Source: a virus
Taxonomy: Duplodnaviria; Caudoviricetes
Virus record (IMG/VR): IMGVR_UViG_3300027971_000051
Location: 2,971-66,970 of that record
Direction: 5' to 3' (one strand)
DNA length: 64,000 bases
The translations under genes and the position numbers were made by a program. Shown in pieces: positions 19,142 to 29,515 of this stretch. The notes beneath the pieces are model-generated. The model did not search any database and was not told the DNA's origin. It worked only from the letters and a program-made list of their open reading frames with translations. Every line of letters starts with the position of its first letter. Position 1 is the stretch's first letter.

Positions 19142-19626
19142 TGTAGCAGTCTTTTCATAGTTTCAATAGTCACATTGACATTGTTGTGTAAAATACCGAT
19201 ACCTCCAGCATTAGAAAAAGAATCGATTACGTCTGGTGTATCATCCACCAATATGATTGTGGATTCTGCATATTCGGCTTTCAATCTACGCCCAGGCACA
19301 GTATTTATTTTATATTCAATTCCCCGTTCACAAAGCCATTGCGTCTTTTGGATTGTCACTTCCGCATGATACTTTTGTCCGCCGCTAGAAGTCAGCATTT
19401 CAATAGGAATACCACGAATGGTTCTTACGTATGCAAGTAATTCTTCTCCACCTTCGTACCAATCTAATGTTGCAAAACTTTCGGCTTCAATAAATTTAGT
19501 CCAATTGGGAGAAAACTGTTTTCGATCCCGTGATTCACCCGCAGTTTCGCCAAACAATTCAAAATAACGTCTATTGAAATCACAAAAAACGCCATCCATG
19601 TCTAGATAAATTTTAGTTATAGCCAT
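19138..19626 (-). CDS. HAD 5'(3')-deoxyribonucleotidase-like protein
   Basis: IYLDMDGVFCDF, ILVDD and GGIGILH motifs. Confidence 0.85.
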   Translation of the reverse strand: MAITKIYLDMDGVFCDFNRRYFELFGETAGESRDRKQFSPNWTKFIEAESFATLDWYEGGEELLAYVRTIRGIPIEMLTSSGGQKYHAEVTIQKTQWLCERGIEYKINTVPGRRLKAEYAESTIILVDDTPDVIDSFSNAGGIGILHNNVNVTIETMKRLLQ

Positions 19627-19910
19627 AAAATAAGTCCAATCATTATTACAAAAAGTAAATATTCCATAAGAGTGAAGTTTATCATTAGTTTATAAAACCA
19701 AGGATACTGCATCAATCTATCATATATGGAAAGTTTCATTCTGACATTCTCGCAATTAAATTTTGTAAAACAGGTTCTATCTCAAAAACGGGAATGCTTG
19801 ACATATACTGCACATATGTTACAACGTCAGTACCAGTCAAGCCTAAGTCCCATGCTTCAAGGATGTATCGTTCTATTACTGCACGGTCATCCATATCACC
19901 CCAATCAATA

Positions 19911-20375
19911 TCATGTTCGAATATATGCTTCAGCGAATGCACGGTCTTCGTAATCCGCAACGTCTGTATCAATCTCATCTAACAGATTAACAGGTTTCTT
20001 TGCAGAAGATTTAGCCATCGCATTCATAATTCCATCAAGGGAATCACCAGCAGGAACAGGCGTAGGAGTAACTTTCTTTGCTTTCGCAACAACAGGCTTA
20101 GCCGCTTTCACAACTGGAGCCTTAACAGCCTTCACTTTGGCAGGTTTTGCAACAGGTGCAGTACCAGCGCCAACGAGTTCATAACTCACAACTGTGCGGC
20201 CATCACGATTGGCACGAACAGCAAAGCCCGTGTTTTTCTTGATTTCCCACAGATAAGTAGAAAGGCGAGTCGCAACGATACCATCAATCGCACGAATGGT
20301 GCTAACAGGTACAGGTGCTTTTGCGTTTTGCAAAACTTCAAAAATCTTTGTGTATTGTTGAACAGATTTAGTCAT
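19911..20375 (-). CDS. hypothetical protein (winged-helix-like N-terminus, AKP-rich linker)
   Basis: ORF downstream of a promoter and aagga RBS. Confidence 0.65.
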   Translation of the reverse strand: MTKSVQQYTKIFEVLQNAKAPVPVSTIRAIDGIVATRLSTYLWEIKKNTGFAVRANRDGRTVVSYELVGAGTAPVAKPAKVKAVKAPVVKAAKPVVAKAKKVTPTPVPAGDSLDGIMNAMAKSSAKKPVNLLDEIDTDVADYEDRAFAEAYIRT

Positions 20376-20411
20376 AATATATTTCCTTAAAAAGAGTTAA
20401 CTAAGAGATAC

Positions 20412-20440
20412 ATGGTAACACACCATGTGGTGTTTGTCAA
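20412..20440 (-). promoter_or_regulatory. sigma70-type early promoter
   Basis: TTGACA-N17-TACCAT. Confidence 0.65.
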
Positions 20441-20850
20441 GCGGTAACAACAAAAGGTTTGTCCCACTTGCCAACATTGATATGAGCATAGTAAGCGGTG
20501 TCGAAATAATCCGTTTGTGCATCACTATTGTCATAATAATCACCAGAATACATTGCAGTAACGATTTTGGTCATTAGTTCTTTTGCCTTACCAGAATAGT
20601 GGTTCTGATAATGGTAAGGATTCACTTGGTCGTAACCAGTGTCATTGGGACGGAAGCCACGGGATACTTGGTAGAAGTCTGCCAAGCAAGTTTCGTTAGA
20701 GTTCGCAATAAAATCTACAGGCGCAGATTTAATTGTGCATGTGATAGAAAGATTATCGCAACGCAAGGAATACTTAACGCCAGTACCTTTGAGGGCGGCA
20801 TCAAGGTTTGCTTTGATCTTTGCTTTGCGTTCTTGATTCATATAAGCCAT
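20437..20850 (-). CDS. conserved hypothetical phage protein
   Basis: MAYMNQERKAKI..DNSDAQTDYFDTAYYAHINVGKWDKP. Confidence 0.75.
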   Translation of the reverse strand: MAYMNQERKAKIKANLDAALKGTGVKYSLRCDNLSITCTIKSAPVDFIANSNETCLADFYQVSRGFRPNDTGYDQVNPYHYQNHYSGKAKELMTKIVTAMYSGDYYDNSDAQTDYFDTAYYAHINVGKWDKPFVVTA

Positions 20851-21058
20851 GTTCAATTCACTCCATAAAAAATAGCGTCTTCATCATACGAATGGGATGC
20901 ATACATCATCATATCGTGGTAAGCATTCATTGTATCAAGGAAGTCCTGATAAGTCAAGTCAATTTCCTCTTGCTGTTGGGTTAAAGCAACATTCTGTAAT
21001 TCAGCATTTATCAAGTCAAGATTCATAATTAGTCCTTAATCTCACAACCAACACCCCT

Positions 21059-21121
21059 AGTATCGCATGAAATACCGCACCTGTCAAGGGCTTTTCTGGC
21101 AAATGTCGCAAAAAAACAACA
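21059..21121 (-). promoter_or_regulatory. early promoter cassette with upstream TGTTG-N8-CAACA-like palindrome
   Basis: TTGACA-N17-GATACT; palindrome at 21104-21121. Confidence 0.7.
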
Positions 21122-21126
21122 AAATT

Positions 21127-21212
21127 AGGGCGGTTTTGGGTGGTTTTCCGCTATAGTTTGATGCTAGAGTACGTCCAAGCCGTCAGAGCCGCCCAAACGG
21201 CGGTCTAGGGCG
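21127..21212. repeat. GC-rich stem-loop repeat element, inverted relative to the copies at 25646 and 40822
   Basis: reverse complement shares ctatagcggaaa.cc.cccaaaacc and tttgggcgg with 25646-25730. Confidence 0.7.
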
Positions 21213-21798
21213 TCAATATCATCGCCTAAACGGCGGTGAAAAGAGTCCTCCCCATCATCCCCCGAAACCAGCCAGTCGATCCTCTGCACATAAATTTGTG
21301 CCAATAAAAGTGTCATATGAGCCAGTTTAAATTTTGCAATAGTTTCTGGCGAATAACCATAACCTTTTATGTCTCCGTATTCGTTCACTTCCTCGGAATC
21401 ATTGTCTAGGATAAGTTGTTCAATTTCATCTGCAATATATCCAAGTTCATATTGTTTGTATTGAAAATGTCCGCCACTCATAATTATCTTCCTGTAATAA
21501 ATCCCACAACAAAACCAAACGTTCGAATACACCAAACCTTGAAACGGAATCTTTTGTTTATACCATTCCGTTTGGATTCATCGTATCGATTACGCAATAT
21601 TGGATTCACACGGTTCCTCCGTAGTACGGAATCAACAGTTCTAAAGCGGCAATAAGTTTGATGTTGTTTGTAACATCTTCTGGATGCAAATATTTACCTT
21701 CTTTGAAATCTTCAAGTTCTTTTCGCAAATATTTTAATTGATCCTTCAATACCAACAGAGTGATTCTGTCAGCAGTATCAAAATCAATCATAAGTCCG

Positions 21799-22131
21799 TT
21801 ACTCATAATTCAACTCCATAAAATTTGTTTCTTCAGGAAGAATTTCCATCACTAAAGTATCTTTACTTTTCTCAATCATATTCGTCAATACGCCATGTCC
21901 GTATCCGCTTGTACCATACAAACGTTTGTTGCATTGATATACTGAACCAGACAAACCTTCAAAATAATATGAATGTTTGTCTTCAGTAATTTTAGTCACT
22001 CCAGAATTTAATTTCCAAGAGTCACTACCAAGATAACCACCATACCAACATGCAAAAATCCTGTAATGGAATTCATTGACATTGTTAGTCAGTTTGACCA
22101 TTAGCCATTTGTCTGGTGTGTAATCGCTCAT
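21799..22131 (-). CDS. conserved hypothetical phage protein
   Basis: YTPDKW..WYGGYLGSDSWKLNSG..SGSVY motif. Confidence 0.75.
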   Translation of the reverse strand: MSDYTPDKWLMVKLTNNVNEFHYRIFACWYGGYLGSDSWKLNSGVTKITEDKHSYYFEGLSGSVYQCNKRLYGTSGYGHGVLTNMIEKSKDTLVMEILPEETNFMELNYE

Positions 22132-23165
22132 TCTTCAACTCCGAAATGTGCCATAATCTGATTACGAACCTCATACTCGCCACCCTCATACAGATGACCA
22201 ATGTCAGCGCATTCCCGCACAATCAACTCGGCGAACTTTTCGCACCATTTATCAAACGGCATGGATAAAGGAACACCTGTTTGTTCCATCAGTTTTTTAA
22301 TTCGTTCGTTCATCTTTTGTTTTCTTAATGAATAGTTGCGTACCAGCAGGAAGATTCTTAAACATCATAGGCACAGTTCGTTCGTCAGATTGATCGGTAT
22401 GGACTGTATGCCCGTTCCATAATTGTCTAACTTCGGGAAACTTTTCTGTTCCTATCACTCCTGCTATTTCAAATTCTTCGTTCATTCTTCAACTCCAGCA
22501 AGTTCTTTAATTAGTTCGTTCATGCGAATTCCTCAATGTCAAATTTAGTCATAACAATTTGACCCTTCACTTTCTTTGGATAGAATTCTGGTGCTGTCAT
22601 TGTCTCTGCAACAAGAATTTTACCAAGTGCGATCCATTCAACAAGTGGCATTGAAATGTCAGTATATGCTTCAAGATATTCTTGGCATTCAGCAAACGTT
22701 TCAAATTGTTTTGCGTCTAGTGTATTAGTCAGTTTTGGTTTTGCGAGTAACATAATTTATTCCTTATAAACAAGTGAGGAGGTACCATCGTAACGTGAAA
22801 TGTCTTCGTTCCATGAAGGTGGTTGTCCGCATTCAAAATGCGCTACATCACGACCTTCAATGTCTTCTTCAACATCCAGAATATCAACTTCATCGGTGTA
22901 GTGCCAATCATGGCACCATTCACAATAGACTTTGAATCTATCTTGTGCCATTTGGCGTTTGCTTTTAAAGCCTGTCATTGCTCTACCACTCCAAATAGTT
23001 CTTGAATGTTTTCAATACATGCACGTATATCTTCACCAATATTTAAACACGCCGTATTGTATCCTTTATCCCAATCATCTTTAGGTTTAGTTCTTTGATC
23101 GGCAACTTTATCTTCCAATTCGTATAAAAATTCCAATGCTTTAGAATAGTTTTTTTTCATAATAT

Positions 23166-23600
23166 TCACTCCGCAGAAACTGGGTCTAAACAAAATTGTG
23201 CAAACTCTTCCCACGTACCTTCGAACAATGGTTCTTGGTCATATGGACTTTCGCCATATGGAAAATCGTGATACACAATTACTTTGTTTTCGTATACGTG
23301 ATATTCATAATCTTGGCTGTAGTCACGGCCAGTCATTGGTGCGTAGATATAAATTCCACCAACACCATGTTTTAATTGAACAACCAATTGTGCGGCAAGG
23401 CAACCCATGCCATTTGCTTGTGCAGAATTTTTATCGCTATACCCATTGACTAGGGTTTTAGAATTTAAAAACTGAGCCAGTTCGTGGCCATGCCCTGAGG
23501 GATAGCCATCGAATTGCCGATAGATGCACATGATTGGTTCATTAGTTCCGTCATCGGAATTGGAACCATCGTACACAAAAGTTAAAGACCGAGTACCCAT
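23166..23600 (-). CDS. conserved hypothetical phage protein
   Basis: MGTRSLT..YRQFDGYPSGHG..NGMGCLAAQL. Confidence 0.75.
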   Translation of the reverse strand: MGTRSLTFVYDGSNSDDGTNEPIMCIYRQFDGYPSGHGHELAQFLNSKTLVNGYSDKNSAQANGMGCLAAQLVVQLKHGVGGIYIYAPMTGRDYSQDYEYHVYENKVIVYHDFPYGESPYDQEPLFEGTWEEFAQFCLDPVSAE

Positions 23601-24157
23601 TACATATTCTCCTTAGCCATATCATAGCCATTCATAAAATCAGCATCGGAAAACAACAAGTCATTCCAACGCTTCTCAACAATTTTCTCAACCCATTCAA
23701 CTGGACAACCAACTTGCTCTGCAATTTCTTCGCAAAGCATAACTGTAGTGTCTAGTATCTCATTAATTTCAATTTCAATATCGCTCATTATGCATCCTCA
23801 CGCATTACACTAACACCAATCAACATGCCGATTAGACCGCCAATCGCAACCATCATTAGGGTCAACAAGTCGGCATCGGGATTCACTTCAATACCACCAA
23901 CGGCACCAAAGACAATTAGAAAACTAACAAGCATTATAACAGAACCACGCATTAATTCCAACTCCTAACATTAAGTACTTCAATTTCAACAAATTCATCT
24001 TCAATATCATCGGGTATTTGCTTTTCAACGGTATTAGCAAAATACACAGCGGCATCATTATTATCAAATGCCTTCAAATTGACCCAACCATTCTCAGGAC
24101 CGAAACTCTTAACGATATAAACTTCCATTTTAATCTCTTTTCAACTGAACAAATTCT

Positions 24158-24219
24158 AGTATAGCACAATGGGAAACAATGTCAACAACTATTTTCAAGA
24201 CTGTTGTTTTCTTGCAACA
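24158..24219 (-). promoter_or_regulatory. early promoter cassette with palindrome
   Basis: TTGACA-N16-TATACT; TGTTG-N8-CAACA at 24202-24219. Confidence 0.8.
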
Positions 24220-24444
24220 CCAGAAATTTGCCACAATTTCTCTTCACCTTCATAATCGTATGCGTGGACAAAAAGTTTTTGTCCGTATGCTTCGATAGTA
24301 CCCCAATTATCATAAACATTATTCGGGTCTGGTTCTACAGTAACGTTCCGCATAATTTCACAATAACCTTTTTGTCCCGTAAACAATTTGCTTTTAAAAT
24401 ATTTGTAATTATCGGGATAAGTGATAAAGATTTTAGATTTCATT

Positions 24445-25194
24445 TTAAGCGGCCATTAACATAAGAGTAGGATATTTCACAAAACCAGTGGTGTCTTTCT
24501 TAGCCTTGCCTTTAGCATACAGACCAACCACAACACCTTTAGGGTCAAGGAAACGCAGGTCGGATTCGTCACCATTGAAAACTGGCAAGCCCATATAAGT
24601 CTCAGGCATTGGCAAAGTTTTCTTGATACCAAACACGGTAGCAACATTATAACCTTGTTGAATTGCTTTTGCAACATCGGCATCATTGCCGTCAGCGGCA
24701 GAGAATGTCAGGTGGTAGTTAGCGATATCAACAATTTTACGACCAAGAATCTTGGTGTAGTCATAGAATTGGACTTCAGGAAAAGCGGCAAAAATATTAC
24801 GGAAGAATTTTCCGTTACGTACAACCTCATACTTTTCAAACGCAAGGTCGGAAGTACCATTCAGACGGAAAACAGGAATCAGGTTCATCCGTTTGCTTTG
24901 TTTGATAGCCAATTCAATATCAGCAACAAGCAAAGTCATAAAATAGTTACGGGTTTCGAAAAACATTTTGGTTTTGCGAATACGTGCCTGTTGAATAACG
25001 TTAGTGGTTTCGCCACGCTTAAACATACCACCACGACCAGCGGTGTTCAAACAAGCGGCAGTACAACCGGCAGTACGCTTGGCACAGGTTTCATAACCGC
25101 TCAAGTTGGCAGGCGCAAGGTGCAGAATGTAGGTATTGTAACCTTGTGACATTCCTTTAAGTACTTTGGGATTTCCGGTAGATAGTAATTTCAT
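24445..25194 (-). CDS. GP88-family protein (Cys-rich, radical-SAM-related)
   Basis: LAPA..C...TAGC...CLNTAGRG, RLNGTSD, FYDYTK and GDESDLRFLDP motifs. Confidence 0.75.
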   Translation of the reverse strand: MKLLSTGNPKVLKGMSQGYNTYILHLAPANLSGYETCAKRTAGCTAACLNTAGRGGMFKRGETTNVIQQARIRKTKMFFETRNYFMTLLVADIELAIKQSKRMNLIPVFRLNGTSDLAFEKYEVVRNGKFFRNIFAAFPEVQFYDYTKILGRKIVDIANYHLTFSAADGNDADVAKAIQQGYNVATVFGIKKTLPMPETYMGLPVFNGDESDLRFLDPKGVVVGLYAKGKAKKDTTGFVKYPTLMLMAA

Positions 25195-25229
25195 AAATTT
25201 TTCAGTTCTTTTCTCAATCTCTAGACTCT

Positions 25230-25291
25230 AGTGTAACAGGATCGGTAAACATGTCAACAACTATTTTCAATGCTGTTGTTTTTCTGCAACA
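25230..25291 (-). promoter_or_regulatory. early promoter cassette with palindrome
   Basis: TTGACA-N16-TACACT; TGTTG-N8-CAACA at 25274-25291. Confidence 0.8.
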
Positions 25292-25549
25292 CTATGCAAA
25301 TTCGTAAAATTTAACGGAAGGGTCAAGTTTTTGCAGTTCTTTAGCCGCCATTGTCAATTCCTTGTAGCGTTTCTGGACCAAACTACGGGGCAGTTCACCA
25401 TCACAAGTCAAATTTTCAGGACTCAAATCTGAATCGATTGAATCGGCAATCTTCTGACGGTCAGTAGCACTATCTAATGTAAGTGCTTTGGCACCAAAGA
25501 TTGTGGCGTATGCGTTCTTGCGTACCAGATATGTGTTTAATGCTGACAT
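25292..25549 (-). CDS. conserved hypothetical phage protein
   Basis: DLSPENLTCDGEL motif; downstream of a promoter. Confidence 0.75.
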   Translation of the reverse strand: MSALNTYLVRKNAYATIFGAKALTLDSATDRQKIADSIDSDLSPENLTCDGELPRSLVQKRYKELTMAAKELQKLDPSVKFYEFA

Positions 25550-25579
25550 TTTGTTTCCTTTTCTTAATTTCTAGACTCT

Positions 25580-25641
25580 AGTATACTACAGTAGGAACAT
25601 AAGTCAACAACTATTTTCAGAAATGTTGCAGAAAAACAACG
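25580..25641 (-). promoter_or_regulatory. early promoter cassette with palindrome
   Basis: TTGACT-N16-TATACT; TGTTG-N8-CAAC at 25624-25640. Confidence 0.8.
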
Positions 25642-25645
25642 CAAA

Positions 25646-25730
25646 AAACCGCCTTTTGGGCGGTTCTTCTAGTCTCGGAGGGGTATGAGTACAGTCTATA
25701 GCGGAAAGCCGCCCAAAACCCCGCCTACGG
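25646..25730. repeat. GC-rich stem-loop repeat element
   Basis: aaccgccttttgggcggtt hairpin and ccgcccaaaa arm; homologous to the copies at 21127 and 40822. Confidence 0.7.
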
Positions 25731-26177
25731 TGCTGTATTCTTCCAATTTTTGAGTGCTTTTTCCAATTCCATGAACGCTTCCTCTTCGTAAGAATTACTG
25801 TTGTTTTGTACAGTACTACCTTGGTGTTCAAATGCATATGGGGTTGTTGTGAAAGTGTTTGATGGCGAAACGCCATTCATATTATCAAATGGCCATTTGC
25901 TTTCGTATTCTTCCTGAAGGCTGTCGAATCCAAATTCTTCCTCGCCGCCTTCGGTTGTGTCTTCATTCTTAACTGCATCCCATACAATTTGAAATTTTTC
26001 ATACAATGTAGAATCGATATCGTCAATCATACCTTCTAGTGTATATATCGCAGATTGCAATACTTTAATGTCCACATAGTTTTCTGTGCCTGCGACAAGA
26101 AGTTTAAAGAGATTTTTAAATTCTCCAACTCGGATGATTTGAGTTTCTAAATCAGTTAATTCGCCCCAATGTTTCAT
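25725..26177 (-). CDS. hypothetical acidic protein
   Basis: 150-aa ORF in operon. Confidence 0.6.
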   Translation of the reverse strand: MKHWGELTDLETQIIRVGEFKNLFKLLVAGTENYVDIKVLQSAIYTLEGMIDDIDSTLYEKFQIVWDAVKNEDTTEGGEEEFGFDSLQEEYESKWPFDNMNGVSPSNTFTTTPYAFEHQGSTVQNNSNSYEEEAFMELEKALKNWKNTAP

Positions 26178-26346
26178 ATTGACTCCATTTTCAATTGTTG
26201 ATTGTGTTGCCGTGGTTGTTGTTCACGAACGGACTCTTTGATAGTATTTTGAAATTTAATAACACTACTATCTATAAGCATTGCAATACCGGAAGTTCCT
26301 GCTGTTGCTAGAAAGATACCAACAGCACATCCACATAGAAATTTCA

Positions 26347-26673
26347 TCATGCTATGTTCCATTCTATATCATCACGAATCTCTACAGATTCGCTACCATC
26401 ATATTCGTGAATGCGAAAAGCAGTACCAACAGGCAACCATTCGATTGTCAAATCGTCAGCACCGCCACAGTATGTATTTGGATGTTTAGCAGTAACATAT
26501 GCTTCAATCGCTTCTACTGAATCTCCACGTTCAACCATAGTGACTAGTGTTGGATCATACAACATAAAGTCACGATAATCTTCTCCACCGCAATATGCCC
26601 ATGAAGACCAACCAGCACCAAATCCTGGAGATACTAGTACTGCAACTTTTCCATCACGAATAACTTTGTTCAT
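26347..26673 (-). CDS. conserved hypothetical phage protein
   Basis: KVAVLVSPGFGAGWSSW..GTAFRIHEYDGSE. Confidence 0.8.
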   Translation of the reverse strand: MNKVIRDGKVAVLVSPGFGAGWSSWAYCGGEDYRDFMLYDPTLVTMVERGDSVEAIEAYVTAKHPNTYCGGADDLTIEWLPVGTAFRIHEYDGSESVEIRDDIEWNIA

Positions 26674-27284
26674 TAGTCCACCTTCATCGCATTCAATTCA
26701 CTAATTTTTTGTGCTTCGATTTTATCTGTTTGTTTGTCTAACTCACGGAAAGATTTAGATGCACGTAACTGAGCATAGAGTGCGGCATTACGTTGTACTT
26801 CAGCAAGCATAATTTTGTTTGATTCATCAGCAGAGAAACGTAGTCGAACAAACGAACGGAAACCAGAACCTTCTTTCACTACCATAAAGTTTTGACGTTG
26901 CACACCAACTAGATTTACTTTAGCAACAATCAATCGTGTAGTACGTTCGATATCAGCATTAGCAACACCTTTACCTAGCACACCAGATTCAACTGCAAAG
27001 TCTTTCATCATAGCACTAGTGTATGACGAATAGTTTGATGCAAGTTCACGTTTAGCGGACAACATTGCCTTGTCTACTGCAAATTGAAAATCGTTTGAGT
27101 ATTCAGTACCAACACCATAGATAGCAGAATCGTCTTTCTTGGGTGCATCAGCATACCACTTAGGGTAGTCAACTTCGTTACTAAACATTTTCGTTTCACT
27201 CACACTTGGACCATCTTTGATAGTGCTACATGCGCTTAATGAAATTACAAATGGCAATACGATATAACAGATTAATTTTTCCAT
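26673..27284 (-). CDS. LPP20-like lipoprotein
   Basis: lipobox LSAC; PKWY..YGVG..AVDKAMLSAKRELA. Confidence 0.75.
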   Translation of the reverse strand: MEKLICYIVLPFVISLSACSTIKDGPSVSETKMFSNEVDYPKWYADAPKKDDSAIYGVGTEYSNDFQFAVDKAMLSAKRELASNYSSYTSAMMKDFAVESGVLGKGVANADIERTTRLIVAKVNLVGVQRQNFMVVKEGSGFRSFVRLRFSADESNKIMLAEVQRNAALYAQLRASKSFRELDKQTDKIEAQKISELNAMKVD

Positions 27285-27417
27285 GATTTATTTTCCTACA
27301 TTCTTAATGTATTGACCTGCTTGATTCAAGTCTTGTCCAGCACCTTGCAGAGTGCCACCCACAGTACCACAGCCAGTTAAGACTACCAGTACACCCATAA
27401 TAAAAAACAACTTCATT

Positions 27418-28140
27418 TTACTGCCTCTCAATACTTACATGATGATTAATAACTTTTCTGCTAGAGAACGGAATGTCCTTTACCAGCGCCTCAAACTCCA
27501 TTGTACTGTACCTAGGTTTGAAAGTCAAATTCTTATCGGTAAATAAAAACACCAGTAGTTCATTAGAATGACTTTTGCCATTTGGCAATTCAGCTTGCAG
27601 TTTATAATTAGCAGATGGAATTTGAATTTGTTTGTTAGTCTCCAGTACTTTGTCAGTATAGACCATTTGGTACTCTTTGTCAACTAGATTAAAAATGCCA
27701 ACGGTACCGGCAATCCCAGAGACGGCTTGGAAAACAAATCGTTCGCCAGCCTTCAATTGATTTTTGCCCTCAACATGAAACTTCATAGTATTGGTAATCT
27801 TCTCTACGTTCGCAACAATGTCAACTTCACAAACTTGTCGATTCCTATCGGGATAAACTTGTTTGTCTTTTTTGATGATTGTTTTAATCTCACCACTTAC
27901 TTCAGTATAAAGAGTAGAAAGCACGGTACATTTCTCATCTTTACAATTTTCGTTTTGTGCGGCTTCAATCATTTCACCGACAAAATTTGCAATTGCATTT
28001 TGCTTTGCCTTTTCTTCAGCAAGTCTACATGCAACATTCTCAGCAGTATCAGGACCGAATGAATACTCACCAGTACCTGATACACGTTCAGCATGTGCAA
28101 TACTTGCACAAAGCAAAGTCATAACAAATAGTTTACGCAA
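27418..28140 (-). CDS. secreted/periplasmic protein (FlgT N-terminal-like)
   Basis: signal peptide; GEYSFGPDTAENVACRLAEEKAK. Confidence 0.55.
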   Translation of the reverse strand: MRKLFVMTLLCASIAHAERVSGTGEYSFGPDTAENVACRLAEEKAKQNAIANFVGEMIEAAQNENCKDEKCTVLSTLYTEVSGEIKTIIKKDKQVYPDRNRQVCEVDIVANVEKITNTMKFHVEGKNQLKAGERFVFQAVSGIAGTVGIFNLVDKEYQMVYTDKVLETNKQIQIPSANYKLQAELPNGKSHSNELLVFLFTDKNLTFKPRYSTMEFEALVKDIPFSSRKVINHHVSIERQ

Positions 28141-28603
28141 CTTTCAATCCTTTCAGTCTGTCTGCCGCATACGATGCCGCAAACGCATTTGGTTTAACCA
28201 TTGGAACAACATTACATGTTCCTTTGATGTAGCCAATTGCTTCATTAATAACGCAAGAACTTCCATGCATCTCATTCGGATTGATATCCAAATGAACTTC
28301 AACATCACGACCTTCAAGTACATCCGCAAGTTTGATATACAACTCAGAAAGTTTATACACTTCGTTCATCAAACGATATCTTGGACGATTCACTTTCTGG
28401 TCATAGTCACGCTCACGCTGTACTTCTCCAAACAATTTGCATCCATTATTTCCGTTGATATGAACTACAATAGCAAGAATATAATCTGCGTACCATAATC
28501 CACCTATGTTAAATCTTTCAGAATCACAACCAATATAGATTTTAGTATCGGGTGTTTGATCTTCTATGAATTGCCGCACCTCTTCTAAATCTAATTTTCG
28601 CAC
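28133..28603 (-). CDS. RNase H-like YkuK family protein
   Basis: IYIGCDS, RLMNEV, EVHLDIN and KPNAFAASYAADR motifs; GTG start after aaggag. Confidence 0.85.
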   Translation of the reverse strand: MRKLDLEEVRQFIEDQTPDTKIYIGCDSERFNIGGLWYADYILAIVVHINGNNGCKLFGEVQRERDYDQKVNRPRYRLMNEVYKLSELYIKLADVLEGRDVEVHLDINPNEMHGSSCVINEAIGYIKGTCNVVPMVKPNAFAASYAADRLKGLKVA

Positions 28604-28624
28604 AACGTACTCCTTAATAAAACT

Positions 28625-28699
28625 TGGTGGGCAGAGAGAGAATTGAACTCCCACTCAAGCGATTATGAGTCGCCTGCTTTACCATTAAGCTACCTGCCC
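28625..28699 (-). tRNA. tRNA-Ile2 (CAT, lysidine type)
   Basis: GGCGA-CTCATAA-TCGCT arm resembling bacterial Ile2; encoded CCA. Confidence 0.85.
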
Positions 28700-28706
28700 T
28701 AAAACT

Positions 28707-28789
28707 TGGTACGAGTGGAGGGACTTGAACCCTCAATCCGAAGCGGCAGATTTTAAGTCTGCTGTGTATACCAATTCCACCACACTCGC
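28707..28789 (-). tRNA. tRNA-Leu (TAA)
   Basis: cloverleaf; GCAGA-CTTAAAA-TCTGC; long variable arm; CCA. Confidence 0.95.
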
Positions 28790-28794
28790 ATAAC

Positions 28795-28871
28795 TGGCCT
28801 GCCCTGAGAGATTCGAACTCCCGACATGCGGTGTAGAAGACCGCTGTTCTATCCAACTGAACTAAGGGCAG
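28795..28871 (-). tRNA. tRNA-Arg (TCT)
   Basis: GCGGT-CTTCTAC-ACCGC; GCCA end. Confidence 0.95.
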
Positions 28872-28892
28872 TTATTTAATTTCTATACATGT

Positions 28893-28921
28893 AGTATAGT
28901 TGATATTGATTGTGATGTCAA
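28893..28921 (-). promoter_or_regulatory. internal sigma70 promoter in the tRNA array
   Basis: TTGACA-N17-TATACT. Confidence 0.75.
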
Positions 28922-28922
28922 G

Positions 28923-28998
28923 TGGAGCGGGAGGCGGGATTCGAACCCGTCTATTTCAGTTTGGAAGACTAACGTGTAACCGTAAACACTTCACCCGC
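28923..28998 (-). tRNA. tRNA-Gly (TCC)
   Basis: GCGGG..TTAGT-CTTCCAA-ACTGA..TCCA. Confidence 0.93.
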
Positions 28999-29002
28999 AA
29001 AT

Positions 29003-29515
29003 TTATATTAAAAATATTTGTATTGTTCTTCTAATTTTATTTTCTACAACAGAACTTGTGCCATGAAAAACTTTATAATCTGATATGACTGCAAGATTTT
29101 TTTCTGGCACCACAGCGTTTATTATATCATCATTCTTGTACAAATACAAGCCACCATCATTTATATGCCAATCATCATTTAGATATATTGTGACTGCACC
29201 CGATCTGTTAAGATCGTAGTGCCATGGTATGTAACTATTTTTAGTCCAGTAGAAAAAAGAAATCTTGCATGTTTTATATTTGAATGGTATGTGGCTTTTT
29301 ATTTCATCTGTAATTTTTTCATATAGTATGCCATCATTTAATTGAGAAATAAAAACCTCTGTACTTTGATTTACAACTTCATCATCCCAAAGACTATTCG
29401 TGATTAATTTTGATTTATCTTTAATTTCAGTATTTGAGTAGTTATTACACAGTTCAAATAATTCATTAGATAGAATGTTTGGTACGATTTTAATCATGGA
29501 GTTTTTAATCTGCAA
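29003..29515 (-). CDS. 2OG-Fe(II) oxygenase
   Basis: IPWHYD, TIYLNDDW..GG, FHGT and RRTIQIF motifs. Confidence 0.85.
   Translation of the reverse strand: MQIKNSMIKIVPNILSNELFELCNNYSNTEIKDKSKLITNSLWDDEVVNQSTEVFISQLNDGILYEKITDEIKSHIPFKYKTCKISFFYWTKNSYIPWHYDLNRSGAVTIYLNDDWHINDGGLYLYKNDDIINAVVPEKNLAVISDYKVFHGTSSVVENKIRRTIQIFLI

Noticed and set aside
24180-25641. CRISPR-like repeats (gtcaacaactattttca...)
   Set aside because: The copies are hundreds of bases apart, separated by genes, and coincide with -35 boxes, so they are promoter cassettes.
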